DNA from: the human T2T-CHM13v2.0 reference genome, Homo sapiens
Length of the DNA: 64,000 nt
Direction: 5' to 3' (one strand)
NCBI RefSeq assembly: GCF_009914755.1
Contig: NC_060931.1
Both the position numbers and the translations under genes were made by a program. A model generated the notes under the pieces. The model did no database searches. It was not told the DNA's origin and saw only the letters and a list, made by a program, of their open reading frames with translations. Shown here one piece after another: positions 46,536-57,838 of the stretch; within the stretch, counting starts at the first letter, position 1, and each line of letters begins with the position of its first letter.

Positions 46536-46975
46536 CCAGGGAAAGGTTTTAAGTCATTAAAAAAAAAAAGGAAGTTGATTCCAAGTCCATCCTTATACCA
46601 TTACTTTGACCCACCATTCCCCGCTGCCCCCACCGTACAATTCTACACCAACCTGATCTCCTCATCCACAGGAATACAAGTGGGCGTTTTCACCATACAG
46701 CTATCTCTAAAGTCGTTTTACTTCTTCATATGAATTCAACACATAACTTTTGGATACCTACTCCTATATTTGCCAGGCACTGTGAGAAGTGCTAGAAATA
46801 GTAATGAATGAAGCAGACATTATCCAATTTCTCAATGAACTCTGTCTACTGGAATGCATAACCTAAATGTACAGATGTTATGATGTGATGTTATCTTAAA
46901 CAAATACATAGCTTTTTGGGGCATTGAGTGCTCAAGTGAATAATCTGAAACCCTCTTTCATAAACTTTTACTCCT

Positions 46976-47185
<210 letters not shown>

Positions 47186-47764
47186 TAAACTTTTACTCCT
47201 TATTTACCCTAGAGTAGTGATTTTCAAATGATGGGTCACAAAACTAGCTTCTGGAGGTATGACAATAATTTTTGGAAAAATGGAATAGAAAAAAATATTG
47301 AAATGCAGCCTACATAGGTTAAGTACTGTTAAGTAATTTTTATTCCAGTTACATGTATATATCTGTGCGTTGCATCATGCTTAGAAAGTATTTGCTATTG
47401 CCAAGAAAGCATCCTTCTGCATCCATTCCAAGAGCATAACATGCAACAGATGGAAATTAGCTTGGTGTCATGGTTGTAATTCAATTACAACCTTAGAGAC
47501 ACCACTGGAGTTTTTGGAGGAAACAAATCACGTACCCTGATCATTCTGGCCAAGAAACACTCTCCCTGATGCAAATGACCTTTTTCTTACCTTATATTTA
47601 CTAATTTTCAACAGCAGGTTTTAGGGTACATGTAAACTCTTCTGTCCTATTTCAAACATCTCACAGTTCACTCAGTTCTTTCTGTTGTTTTCTTCCCTTG
47701 TCTGTGTGTAAATATCCAACGCCCAGGCCCATATTCAAATTTTAAGAGAAAAACCTGGGACGTG

Positions 47765-48053
47765 GGCCTGCCAGATGGTTCACACCTGTAGCTTTGGGAG
47801 GCGAGGTGGGAGGAGCGCTTTGAGCCCAGGAATTGGAGATCACCCTAAGCAACAAGCGGAGACTGTCTCTGCGGGGAAGAAAAAAGATTAGCCAGGTGTG
47901 GTGGTGAGCGCCTGTAGTCCCAGCTACCCGCAGTGCTGAGGCAGGAGGATCACTTGAGCCCAGGAGTTCCAGGCTGCAATGAACCATGATTGTGCCACTG
48001 CACCCCAGCTTGGGCAACGAGACCCTGTCACAAACAAACAAGCAAACAACAAA
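47765..48053 (+). mobile_element. Diverged AluJ in intron 1
   Basis: Alu arms with (CAAA)n tail. Confidence 0.88.
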
Positions 48054-49033
48054 AACAGAAACTGAGAAACCCAGGTTATGGCTGTGGAATATAATATGCA
48101 ATACTTAGAAGGTTAAAAATTCTAGGTTTTGCCTCAGCTCCCATACCACCACCTTTGTTGCTCAATTTTCAGATAATCAGGCTCAGGCTATTATTTTTGG
48201 TTTTTCATATCATATTATCATTTTTCATATCCTATGATGTTTCATGTCCTATTGTCATTCTCATCCGGCTAGGCACTTCTCGGGGACGCTGTGTGGTGTT
48301 GAGGTTTTACAGGGAAAATGCTAACCTTGGCGCCTCCTGAATTATCAACTAGCTACGGGGTGCCCAGATTTTTCTCCCGAGTTCCAGACCCAGGGCACCC
48401 CGAGGCGGCGCCTGGCCGAGGAGCTCCGCACTGCGCCTTGTTAACAGCTGGGTCCGGGCAAACTCGCGCCACCTAATTCTCTGCCCTCTACCGGCTTGAG
48501 ATGCTTATTCCTCAGGGAGGGCAAGAATCGAAACGATTGAGACCAACTATTTACAAGTGAGGCAACCGGGCTACAGGTGCCTCGAGGGAAAGGAGGCTGG
48601 GTCTGCGCTCCCACACCTTGCCGACGGCTCCACGTCCCTGTCTGCGCCCGAGGTCCACCGGTCTGTGAAGCCCACTTTCCCCGCCTCCCTCTCGCGTTGT
48701 GCCGCTTGGGGCGCCCGCTAGGACCCAAAATGCGGACTGGTGGGCCGCCCATCAAGGGTTGCCCGCGGTAGGGCGGGGGCTCCCGTGAGCTGCTCCCAAA
48801 CCCCACTCGCAGGATGCTGCCCTGACGCCCAGGGCCAACCCGGGGAGCCAAGGCCCCCGGTCTCTGCAAGGCCGACCCCAGCCCGCTGGGGACCCTGCAA
48901 GCCCGCGCGTGGCTCCCAGCACGCCGGGCGTCCGCGGGGCGAGCTGCTCAGGGTCACTCGGGGTCCCTCGCCAACACAGGCCGCGCGGAGAGTGTGAGGC
49001 GAGCCCCGGGCCCGCGCCCCCACGAGCACCTAC

Positions 49034-49099
49034 CTTCCAGGTACCCAACCCCAGGATGGGCATCTTGGCGCCGTTGTTGAGCAGGAGACGGCTTGCCAT
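49034..49099 (-). CDS. AKR1B1: AKR1B1 exon 1 coding part (MASRLLLNNGAKMPILGLGTWK)
   Basis: Kozak-like GCAGCCATGG; donor AAG|gtaggt; 66 nt. Confidence 0.99.
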
Positions 49100-49159
49100 G
49101 GCTGCTGCGCTCCCCAGACCCCCGCCCAGTACGGTGCGGCCTTGGCCGCGGCGCGTACC

Positions 49160-49167
49160 TTTAAATA
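49160..49167 (-). promoter_or_regulatory. AKR1B1: TATA box (TATTTAAA)
   Basis: The only AT-rich element in the GC-rich promoter, about 60 nt upstream of the ATG. Confidence 0.9.
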
Positions 49168-49230
49168 GCCCGTGAGGTCGGCAGAAAGGGCGCCTGCGGT
49201 TGGCGCGCCGCTGCGCGAAGGAGCCTTCTG

Positions 49231-49235
49231 ATTGG
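49231..49235 (-). promoter_or_regulatory. AKR1B1: CCAAT box
   Basis: AACCAATCAG (NF-Y consensus) about 65 nt upstream of the TATA box. Confidence 0.85.
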
Positions 49236-50246
49236 TTGCGCTAGGGGTGCCGCGGCGGCCTTCCCCAAGGGTCGGCGGGGATGCTTCTTCCGCCTGGTCC
49301 TAGTGGCAGCGGATTCTTTCCGCCCCCAACGCTCGCCCGCGCCCCGCGTGGCAGAAAGGAGTTCCTCAGCTGCTGTATCTGGTGGGAAAGCGAATGCTTT
49401 AGCGAAAATAACAGGCATCCCATAAATACATAGACTAGAAATAAGTTTTGGTTTCATTAAGAGCCCAGAAGAATGCCTTTGTTGTCCAACCCCAGTTTGA
49501 TGCTCTTTGGGAATCTGACGAATACCTTGTCCTTAATCTATGTGAATCATACTGACTACACATATAGTTTACCGCACTTTGTTCTTAGACAAAGGTGCAT
49601 GCCAGAAAAATGGCTTGCAATCCTTTTGCAAAGCACCTTCACAAAATATGGGTTTGCCCAGACTTTTTGTAGCCTTCTAGATCTCTCTTTGCACCCCACT
49701 CTAGGTGTTAGCTGTGTCTGTGCATACTAGGTGTGGTTCAGCAAGCCTTCCACCAAAAGCCAGCATCCTTTGATGTTCTTGAGGTTAGAAAGCCTTGATG
49801 GGCTTGATCCAGAACTCTCAGAAGAATTTGGAAAGTAAGGCTGTCCATTCAGAATCAGTAAGACAAATTTCATCAGTCTTTGGAAAGTGAGACTCTATCA
49901 AAGCAGTAAGTTCCAGTACAGTAACTTATCAAAACTCTCTAGAGGAAGAAAAGTGAACAGACAGAAAACCACAGAAGAAAAAGTTGACTCTAATATTGTA
50001 GCTTCCAGTATTTCAAATTAGAAGGTACAAAATAGTAAATTGATCACCCTAATTGGCAGGTAGAAACACACATTTTTCCAAGATAGCCTAAGAAAAGTCA
50101 CTTGAAGATCCTTGAAGACAATTTTGGTTTCTTTCCAACAACCTCTCTTCATGATACTCTACCTCACCCCAACTGCTCTTTCTGCTCCATCACCCTCCGA
50201 TCTTTCCCCTAATTATGCAAGATTGGGAACTCCATCTGCCTGGTAG

Positions 50247-50253
50247 TGACTCA
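50247..50253. promoter_or_regulatory. AP-1 site next to the osmotic response region
   Basis: Perfect TGACTCA about 30 bp from the proximal ORE. Confidence 0.75.
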
Positions 50254-50282
50254 AGCACCAGGTCTCTCTAAACTCCATGCCG

Positions 50283-50366
50283 GTGATTTTCCATTTGGTG
50301 CTTTCTTTAAAAGTGCTCCCTCCTGGAAAAATTTATACAGAACAGACTAGCCCAGATATTTTTCCA
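50283..50366. promoter_or_regulatory. Three osmotic response elements (TonE/ORE, NFAT5 sites)
   Basis: TGGAAAATCAC (-, 50283-50293), TGGAAAAATTT (+, 50324-50334) and TGGAAAAATAT (-, 50356-50366) all match TGGAAANNYNY; about 1.2 kb upstream, where the known AKR1B1 ORE cluster lies. Confidence 0.92.
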
Positions 50367-50709
50367 TGTAACTTTTGTAAAAATTGTTGCTATTGGGCAA
50401 ATTCATTTGTCCCCAAGTAATAGAATTTGAACTTGAGCCTAAAGCTGGGAACTTGCTTTGTGTAAAACAGCAAGTTCCTTCCTCCATGAGAGTCCTCTTG
50501 ACTTGGAGGTTGCTCTGCCAATTGAACCTCCTGGGTCCAAATCCAAAGAGCTAATCTCTTGTGAAAATGATACACCTTGAGTGGCCAGGTTGGTACACAC
50601 AGAAGGGTCGTCTGTTAGGGACATGGACTCAATATCAGAGGCTTTGTTGTTGGTTTGATAATAATTGAGTATACAGCTTGATTGCATGAAATTATAACTG
50701 TGTCTAAAG

Positions 50710-50832
50710 CTGGAGTGATACCTGTAGTCTCAGCTTCTCAGGAGGCTGAGGTGGGATGACTGCTTGAGCCCAGGAGTTAGAGACCAGCCTGGACAACATA
50801 GCAAGACCCTGTCTGTAAAATAAATAAATAAA
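50710..50832 (+). mobile_element. FLAM/Alu monomer
   Basis: Single arm with A-rich tail. Confidence 0.8.
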
Positions 50833-51175
50833 CCCAGAATATTTTGGCTGGGCCATGCAGACATGAAAAGTTGTATCAGTGGAATTTCTATAGCAACAAT
50901 AGCACTCTAGTTGGGACATGCTATTGTGATAGCCCCCTAACATCCCCCATTGCCTCTGTAATCTTTGTAAAATGTACACATACCAAAATTTTTGATCTCA
51001 AGATTTTTGATCTCCCATCTTTTGATAAGTATACATATCAAAATTTTGTTTGAAAAAGGGAAAAAAACCTTCAATGGAATCCTCCTGAGAAACACTCTAG
51101 TAATTGGAATCTTAACATGCTCTGAACCAGTAATCTCCCATCATGGGAATTTTTCCTAAGGAAATAATTTAAAAG

Positions 51176-51179
<4 letters not shown>

Positions 51180-51225
<46 letters not shown>
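51180..51225. repeat. (AC)23 microsatellite, the AKR1B1 5' 'Z' marker
   Basis: Perfect dinucleotide run of 46 nt about 2.1 kb upstream of the gene. Confidence 0.95.
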
Positions 51226-51228
<3 letters not shown>

Positions 51229-54200
51229 GTATAGGGCTGGGCTGGGACCAAGGTAAGACAAATGAGGTACACAGGTACAAATTTTCATGCCAGAAGGTAG
51301 GAGCTTTTTTACATTTATGTCCTTGGCACTTGCCTTCCCTTAGTCCCAGGCCTGCACACAGATATACACATATGCGTATGTATTTTTAAAATGCTGTATA
51401 CTTAAAGTAAAACTGTAAATATCCAACAATAGCAAGAGATAAGGTGTAGCCATCAAAAGTAAAGATGACAAAGACACAGAGAAAAATGTATATGAGGTAA
51501 TGTTAAGGTGAAAGTAGAAAACAAAGTCATATAGCTATGGAATGATGCTAAGAAGGAAAATACAACCTATAACATTTAGGAAATTTAGGAAGAAGACAGA
51601 AGGAAATGGGGAATACTCTTTGTCAGATTATTTCCTTAATGAACACATTTTGAATTAAAAGACAACTTCTTATGAACTGTCCAATTCCCATAGGATAAAA
51701 CCTAAACTCTTGAGCCTGGCATTCAAGGCCCTGCGAGATCTGGTACAAGTTTGAATATACAAAAAAACCACCCAATTGCATATTTAAAAAGGTAAATCAT
51801 ATGGTACGTAAATTATACATCAATAAAGCTTCTATAAACAAACAAAGGTTATATGCTACATGTCCAACACAAGCTGGTGGAGCTGAGGGTGACAGTAGGC
51901 TCTGTTCACATTGTCACTCAGGGACTCAAGCTATGGAGGTCCCACCACATTGTTTCCCTGCTGTCCCAACCCAAGGTTTCAGGGTTTGGCTTAGGAAGGC
52001 AAAAGAGAACCTAAGAGTCTCAAATGAGCAATCAATTGCTCAGTCCTGGAAGTGGCACACATCACTTCTACCTATAATCCTTTAACCAGATCTGGTGGTA
52101 GAGCCCAGCCAGGCCTATCTTCAATGGGATGGGGAAGTGTCATCCTCCTGTATGCCAGAAAACAGAAGTGAATGGGTATGGTGAGCAACAGAAGTCTCTT
52201 CCACAACGACAAACCACTACTGAGTCTTTATTATGGTTTGGACACTGTATTATGGTTCAGCACTTGGCATATGTTATATGAAGGTGCTGCTGCTGCTGCT
52301 TATATATCTATTGAGTTATGTACATTAAATCATTTAATCTTCATAACCACCCCTTTCATGGATACTATGATCAATCCATGTTACACGTGAAGAAACTGAG
52401 ATGCAGAGAAGTGAGAAAAATTGCTAAGATCTCACATTAAGTAAATGTTAGGGTCAATATTTAAACCTAGGAATTTGACTATAGCACTCAAACTCTTAAC
52501 CACTACCAGTAGCTTTCAAATTTTTAAACTGTGACTCACACTAAGAATTTTGGAATGAGTGACGTCAGGAAGAAGGCTGACTAGAAATGCCTAGTTCTTG
52601 TCCCCACCATAAGAAAGGACCAAGGGAATAAATAAACCGCTAATATTTAACTGCAATTATGAAAAAAGAGCATTAAAGTGCAATGGGGGAGTAAAGGGGT
52701 ACTTGTAGTGATTGGAAGCCCAAGAGAGTACCATGGAGGCACATGGCCTCTGTAGCCCCATCTTGCCTGCCACAATTGCATCAGCCCAGAGACAGGAGGG
52801 AAGTCCCCTTTTAGGGAGAAGGTAAAAGAACCTCACCAGTCTCCATTGCCACTGTAAATGACTCCAGTCCTCATTACAAAATAATCCCACAGTCCTTGCA
52901 AGCCCCGTGCCCAGTTTGAAGAGCTTCTGGGAATCCATATAGCTGTATCACTCCGGATTAGGAGCACAGGGTGTGTACACACCCTTCCCTTAGTGAGCCA
53001 AGCTGCTGCAGCATGGCGCCATCTTGAGATTAGAGCCATTTCTGGACTGTGCCTTGCTCTGGGGGCCGTAGCCATTGCACTTCTCCAGCACTGGGGCTCC
53101 ATCTTCATTCCACCAAGCCCACATGTGGGCCAACTGCACAAAGACTGGGCCCAGGATTGGCTATGACTCTGGTCCTGCACCACAGTGAAACCAACCCCTG
53201 TCATCTGCAATACAGCTGGAGGAACAGTCTGACAGTCTCACCCAGGGTGAACCTTCCTTTAAGCCAGCCAAATGGCTGTGTGTCCTCCCTCAAGCAGGAG
53301 AGGTCCCTAGCCCATCAAACAGCTGACATGCCTGCCCCCAGGCCAGCAGAGTGGCCATATGCAGATGTACAGGGCCTGAAAAACAGGCCTGTAGCACCTA
53401 CTCCCTCCATGAACACACCCTTGGATTGCCTCGCATTCACAACCAGGGCTTGGAGAAACTTGAGAAGCTGACTGAGTAGCTGTGTGAAGCCCATAGGTGG
53501 CTGAATCCCACAACTCCAGCTGCATGGATTCTGGGCCCAGAATTGCCTGTGACTCTGGTCCTGCACAGCAGTGAAACCAACCTACACTGTCTGGTTTTAC
53601 AGTTGGAGGAAGACTCTGGAAGTCTTGTCTGAGGAGAGCCTACCCTTAAGCCAGCTAAACTGCTGCACACCCTCTCCCAAGTGAGAGAGGTCCTTGATCC
53701 ACCTAACAGCTGACATGCCACTGGGCCCACAGAGCAGCTGTGTGCCCATGCCCAGGGCCTAAGACACAGTAGCAGCATGGGACCACACCCCTACCATGGA
53801 CATGCTGCTGACCTGCCCAAAGGACCTGCATGTGCAGTCAACGCTTGAGAAACAGCCCTGTTGGCCACCCCCAGCAGACATGCACCCAGGCCAGCCAAGA
53901 AGGTGTGTGGCTGCATCCCATACCTGAGAAATGGCCTTGTGGATTGCCCTGGCAAACACACTTCCAGGCAGCCAAGCAGCCATGCACTCATATCTTGGGC
54001 CTGGGAGATAGCCCCATAGGCAATCCTTAGAAGGCAAGCAGGCGGGCCATCAAAGCAGCCACACACCTGACCCCCAGGCTTGGGAAACAGCCCCATGGCA
54101 CTAAATCACAGAGAGCCAGACCCAAAGTTGGCCAACCCAATGTGGCCACACATGCACTCAGACATGAGAAAGGCCTGGCAAGACCACCATGGCAAAGCTG

Positions 54201-54937
54201 CACTGCCACTGCCACAAAATCTCTCAGCCTAGGACACCGAGATACTCATAAACATTGCAAGGATAGATTATAGTTGAAGAAACTATGCAGATGCTACACT
54301 ACTGCATGCACCTAGAAACAAAGCCAACGCACTGCCCTGAAGCTACTCCCCAAGACCGATCTATGAGAATAAGTCTTTCCATATAAAACCTACTCCATGA
54401 AATTGGAAGGAGTGACTGTTCCACCAGATGTGTAGAAATCAGTGTAGGGACACATCAAACAAGAAGAAGCAAGGAAACATAATACTTCCAAAGGAACACA
54501 GTAATTCTCCAGTAACAAATTGCAATAATAAGGAAATACTCAAAATGCCAGGAAAAGAATTCAAAATAATAATCTTAAAGAAACTCAATGAAATAAAAAA
54601 GAATAAAGATAGAAAACTCAACAAAATTAGGAAAACAATTCATGATTTGAATAAGAAATTCAACAATGATAAGAACCAAACAGAAATCCTAGAGCTAAAG
54701 AATTCAATGAATAAAATAAAAATACAACTGAGAGCTTCAATGACAGATGAGATCAAGCAGAAGAAAGAATTTCTGAACTTAAAAGATAGGTCATTTGAAA
54801 TAAAACAAGCAAACCAACAAAAAAGATAAAAAGAAAAAAGGAGGCATACAGGAGTTATGAAGCACCATTAAGCAAACAAATATTTGCATTATGGTATTAC
54901 AGAAGGAGAGTATAAAGGAAATGATATAGAAAACTTA

Positions 54938-55241
<304 letters not shown>

Positions 55242-56516
55242 GCATATTTAATAAAATAATACCTGAAAACTTCCCAAATGTTGGGAGAGAGACTGATATC
55301 CTGATTCAGAAAGCTCAAAGAATCACAAATAGAGTCAACCCAAACAGGTTGATATGCCTCTTCTGAGGCATATTATAGTCAAATTGTCAAAAGGCAAAGG
55401 CAAAGAAATAATTCTAAAAACAGCAAGAGAAAAGCATCAAATGACTTATAACACAATCCCCACTAGACTAACAGTGGATTTCTCAGCAGAAATTTACAGG
55501 CCAGGAGAAAAAGAGGTGATATATTCAAAATACTGAAAGAAAAAACGACCACTCAAAAATATTATACCCAGCAAATCCGTATTTTGGAAATGAAGAAGAA
55601 ATAAAATCTTTCACAGGCAAGCAAAAATTAACGGAATTCATCACCACTAGACCAGCCTTGCAAAAATGCTCAAGGGAGTCATACATCTAGAGGTGAAAAG
55701 ACCCTAATCACCATCGTGAAAACACGTAAAACTATAAAACTCATTGGTAGGGCCAATACACAAAGGAAAAAGGGAAGTCAAACCTATCTCTACATAAAAC
55801 CACGCAACCACAAAAATAAATAATAAGGGAGGAAATAAAGAACAAAGGACATACAAAACAACCAGAAAATGATTAATAATGACAGGAGTAAGTCCTCAAC
55901 TATCAATAATAACCTTGAATGTAAATGGATTAAATTTCTCATTTAAGAGATATAGACTAGCTGAGTTAATTAAAAGAAAGAGGACACAACTATATGCTTC
56001 CTACAAGAAACTCTTTTAACCTGCAAAGATGCACATAGAAAGTGATTGAAAAAGATACTCTACTCAAAAGGAAACAAAAAAATGAGCAGGAGTAGATATA
56101 TCAGACAAAACAGAATTCAAATAAAAAGCTAAAAAGAAAAATAGATATTATGTAATAATAAAGGAATCAATTTAGCAAAAGAATATAACAATTGAAATGT
56201 ATGTGCACCTAACACTGAAACACCTAGATACATAAAGCAAACATTATTAGATTGAAAGGTAGAGATATACTCCAATAGAGTGATAGCTGAGGATTTCCAA
56301 ACTCCACTCTTGGTATTGGACAGATTCATCTAGACAGAAAAACAATTAAGCAACATCAAATTTAAATCGCACTATAGACTCAGTAGACCTAACAAATATT
56401 TACAGAATATTTTACCCAACAGTTGCAGAATACACATTACTTTTGTCAGGACATGGAACATTCTCCAGTATTGACCATATGTTAGGACACAAAATAAGAT
56501 TCTAAAAATTTTTGAA

Positions 56517-56838
56517 GGCCAGGTGCAGTGCTTCAGGCCTGTCATCCCATCACTTTGGGAGGCTAAGGCAGGAGGATTGCTTGAGCCCAGGAGTTCAAGA
56601 CCAGCCTAGGCAAAATAGTAAGATCCTGTCTCTACCAAAAAGAAAAAAAATTAGCTGGGGCTGATGGCACATTCTTGTGGTCCCAGCTACTCAGGAGGCT
56701 GAGGTAGGAGGATCACTTGAGCCCAGGAGTTCAAGGCTGCAGTGAACTATGATTGCATCACTGTACTCCAACCAGCCTGGGTGACAGAATGAGACCCCGT
56801 TACTATAAAACAAACAAACATATAAATAAATAAATAAA
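56517..56838 (+). mobile_element. AluJ inserted in L1 ORF2
   Basis: AluJ diagnostics; (CAAA)/(TAAA) tail. Confidence 0.92.
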
Positions 56839-56897
56839 ACTGAAATTATATCAACTTTCTTCTCTGACCACAATGGAATAAAACTAGAAATCAATAA

Positions 56898-57800
56898 CAA
56901 GCCCGAGGCCAGGTACCCAGGCAAGAATGGCAAGTAGACTTCACTCACATGCTGCCCAAAAAATGGCTCTGCTATCTTCTAGTCTTTGTCTGTACTTTCT
57001 CCGGGTGGGTAGAAGCATTCCCGACAACTTCAGAAGGTGCAAATATCATCACACAAACCCTCATCATGCATATAATTCCCTGTTTCAGACTCCCAACATC
57101 CATCCAGTCCAATAACAGGCCCACCTTCATCAGTCAAATCACCCAAGGCATCTCTACATCCTTAGGTATAAAATGGGTTCTCCACACACCCTACAGGCCT
57201 CAATCTTCAGGCAAAATTGAAAAAGTTAACTCTGTCCTTAAAGCCCAACTCACCAAGCCGGCTCTAGAAACCTGCCAGTCATGTACAAAAAACCTCCTTT
57301 TCACCCTCATGAGACTCCACGCAACACAAAAGGCATCCTCTTTTTATAGTCCCTTTGAAATCGTGTGTGGCTGAACTTTTGTCTTGGAGCCTCCACCCTT
57401 TCCAGACTCTGAGCCACTCAGGAATTACCTCTTCTCCTTAATCTAGACACTGGATTTTCATTCATGAAGCAGCAAATGAGACCATGCCTCTCCCTGTCGA
57501 CACCTCCTTGTCTTCTCAACATAACTGTCTTGCAGGCACAGACGTGTTTATCTGCCAACCTGACCCTCGCAAAAAGCTACAACTGAAGTGGACAGGCTCC
57601 TACACTGTGGTACTCAGCACGCCAACTGCAATGAGAGTACAAGGACTCCCCCGCGGGATCCATCGCACCAGGTCAAGCTCACCCCCAAGGCTATTTCTTC
57701 CTCTAAAACATTAACAGCTAAGTGGTCCTCCAGGCCAATTTCTCCTACCAAGCTTAAATTAACCCAAAAATTGTTCTTAAAGCCAAAAACCCCCTAGAAA
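56898..57800 (+). pseudogene. ERV1 (HERVH48/HERV-Fb-like) pol integrase remnant
   Basis: QARGQVPRQEWQVDFTHM...TFSGWVEAFP...SIQSNNRPTFISQITQ...LHTPYRPQSSGKIE...SPFEI, then KWTGSYTVVLSTPTA; the SDNG motif has degenerated to SNNR; stops and frameshifts downstream. Confidence 0.92.
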
Positions 57801-57838
57801 GCCTAAACGCGAGGAAGACTAATCACCTGCTTCCAGAG

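Larger units (their letters stand above)
48280..49360. promoter_or_regulatory. AKR1B1: CpG island over the AKR1B1 promoter, exon 1 and start of intron 1
   Basis: Sharp rise in GC content and CpG density relative to CpG-depleted flanks; boundaries approximate. Confidence 0.92.

Noticed and set aside
48441-49457. Overlapping Pro/Arg/Gly-rich ORFs on both strands
   Set aside because: Stop-codon scarcity in a CpG island
50247-50256. Possible NRF2 antioxidant response element at TGACTCAAGC
   Set aside because: Spacing is one base longer than TGACnnnGC; kept only as AP-1
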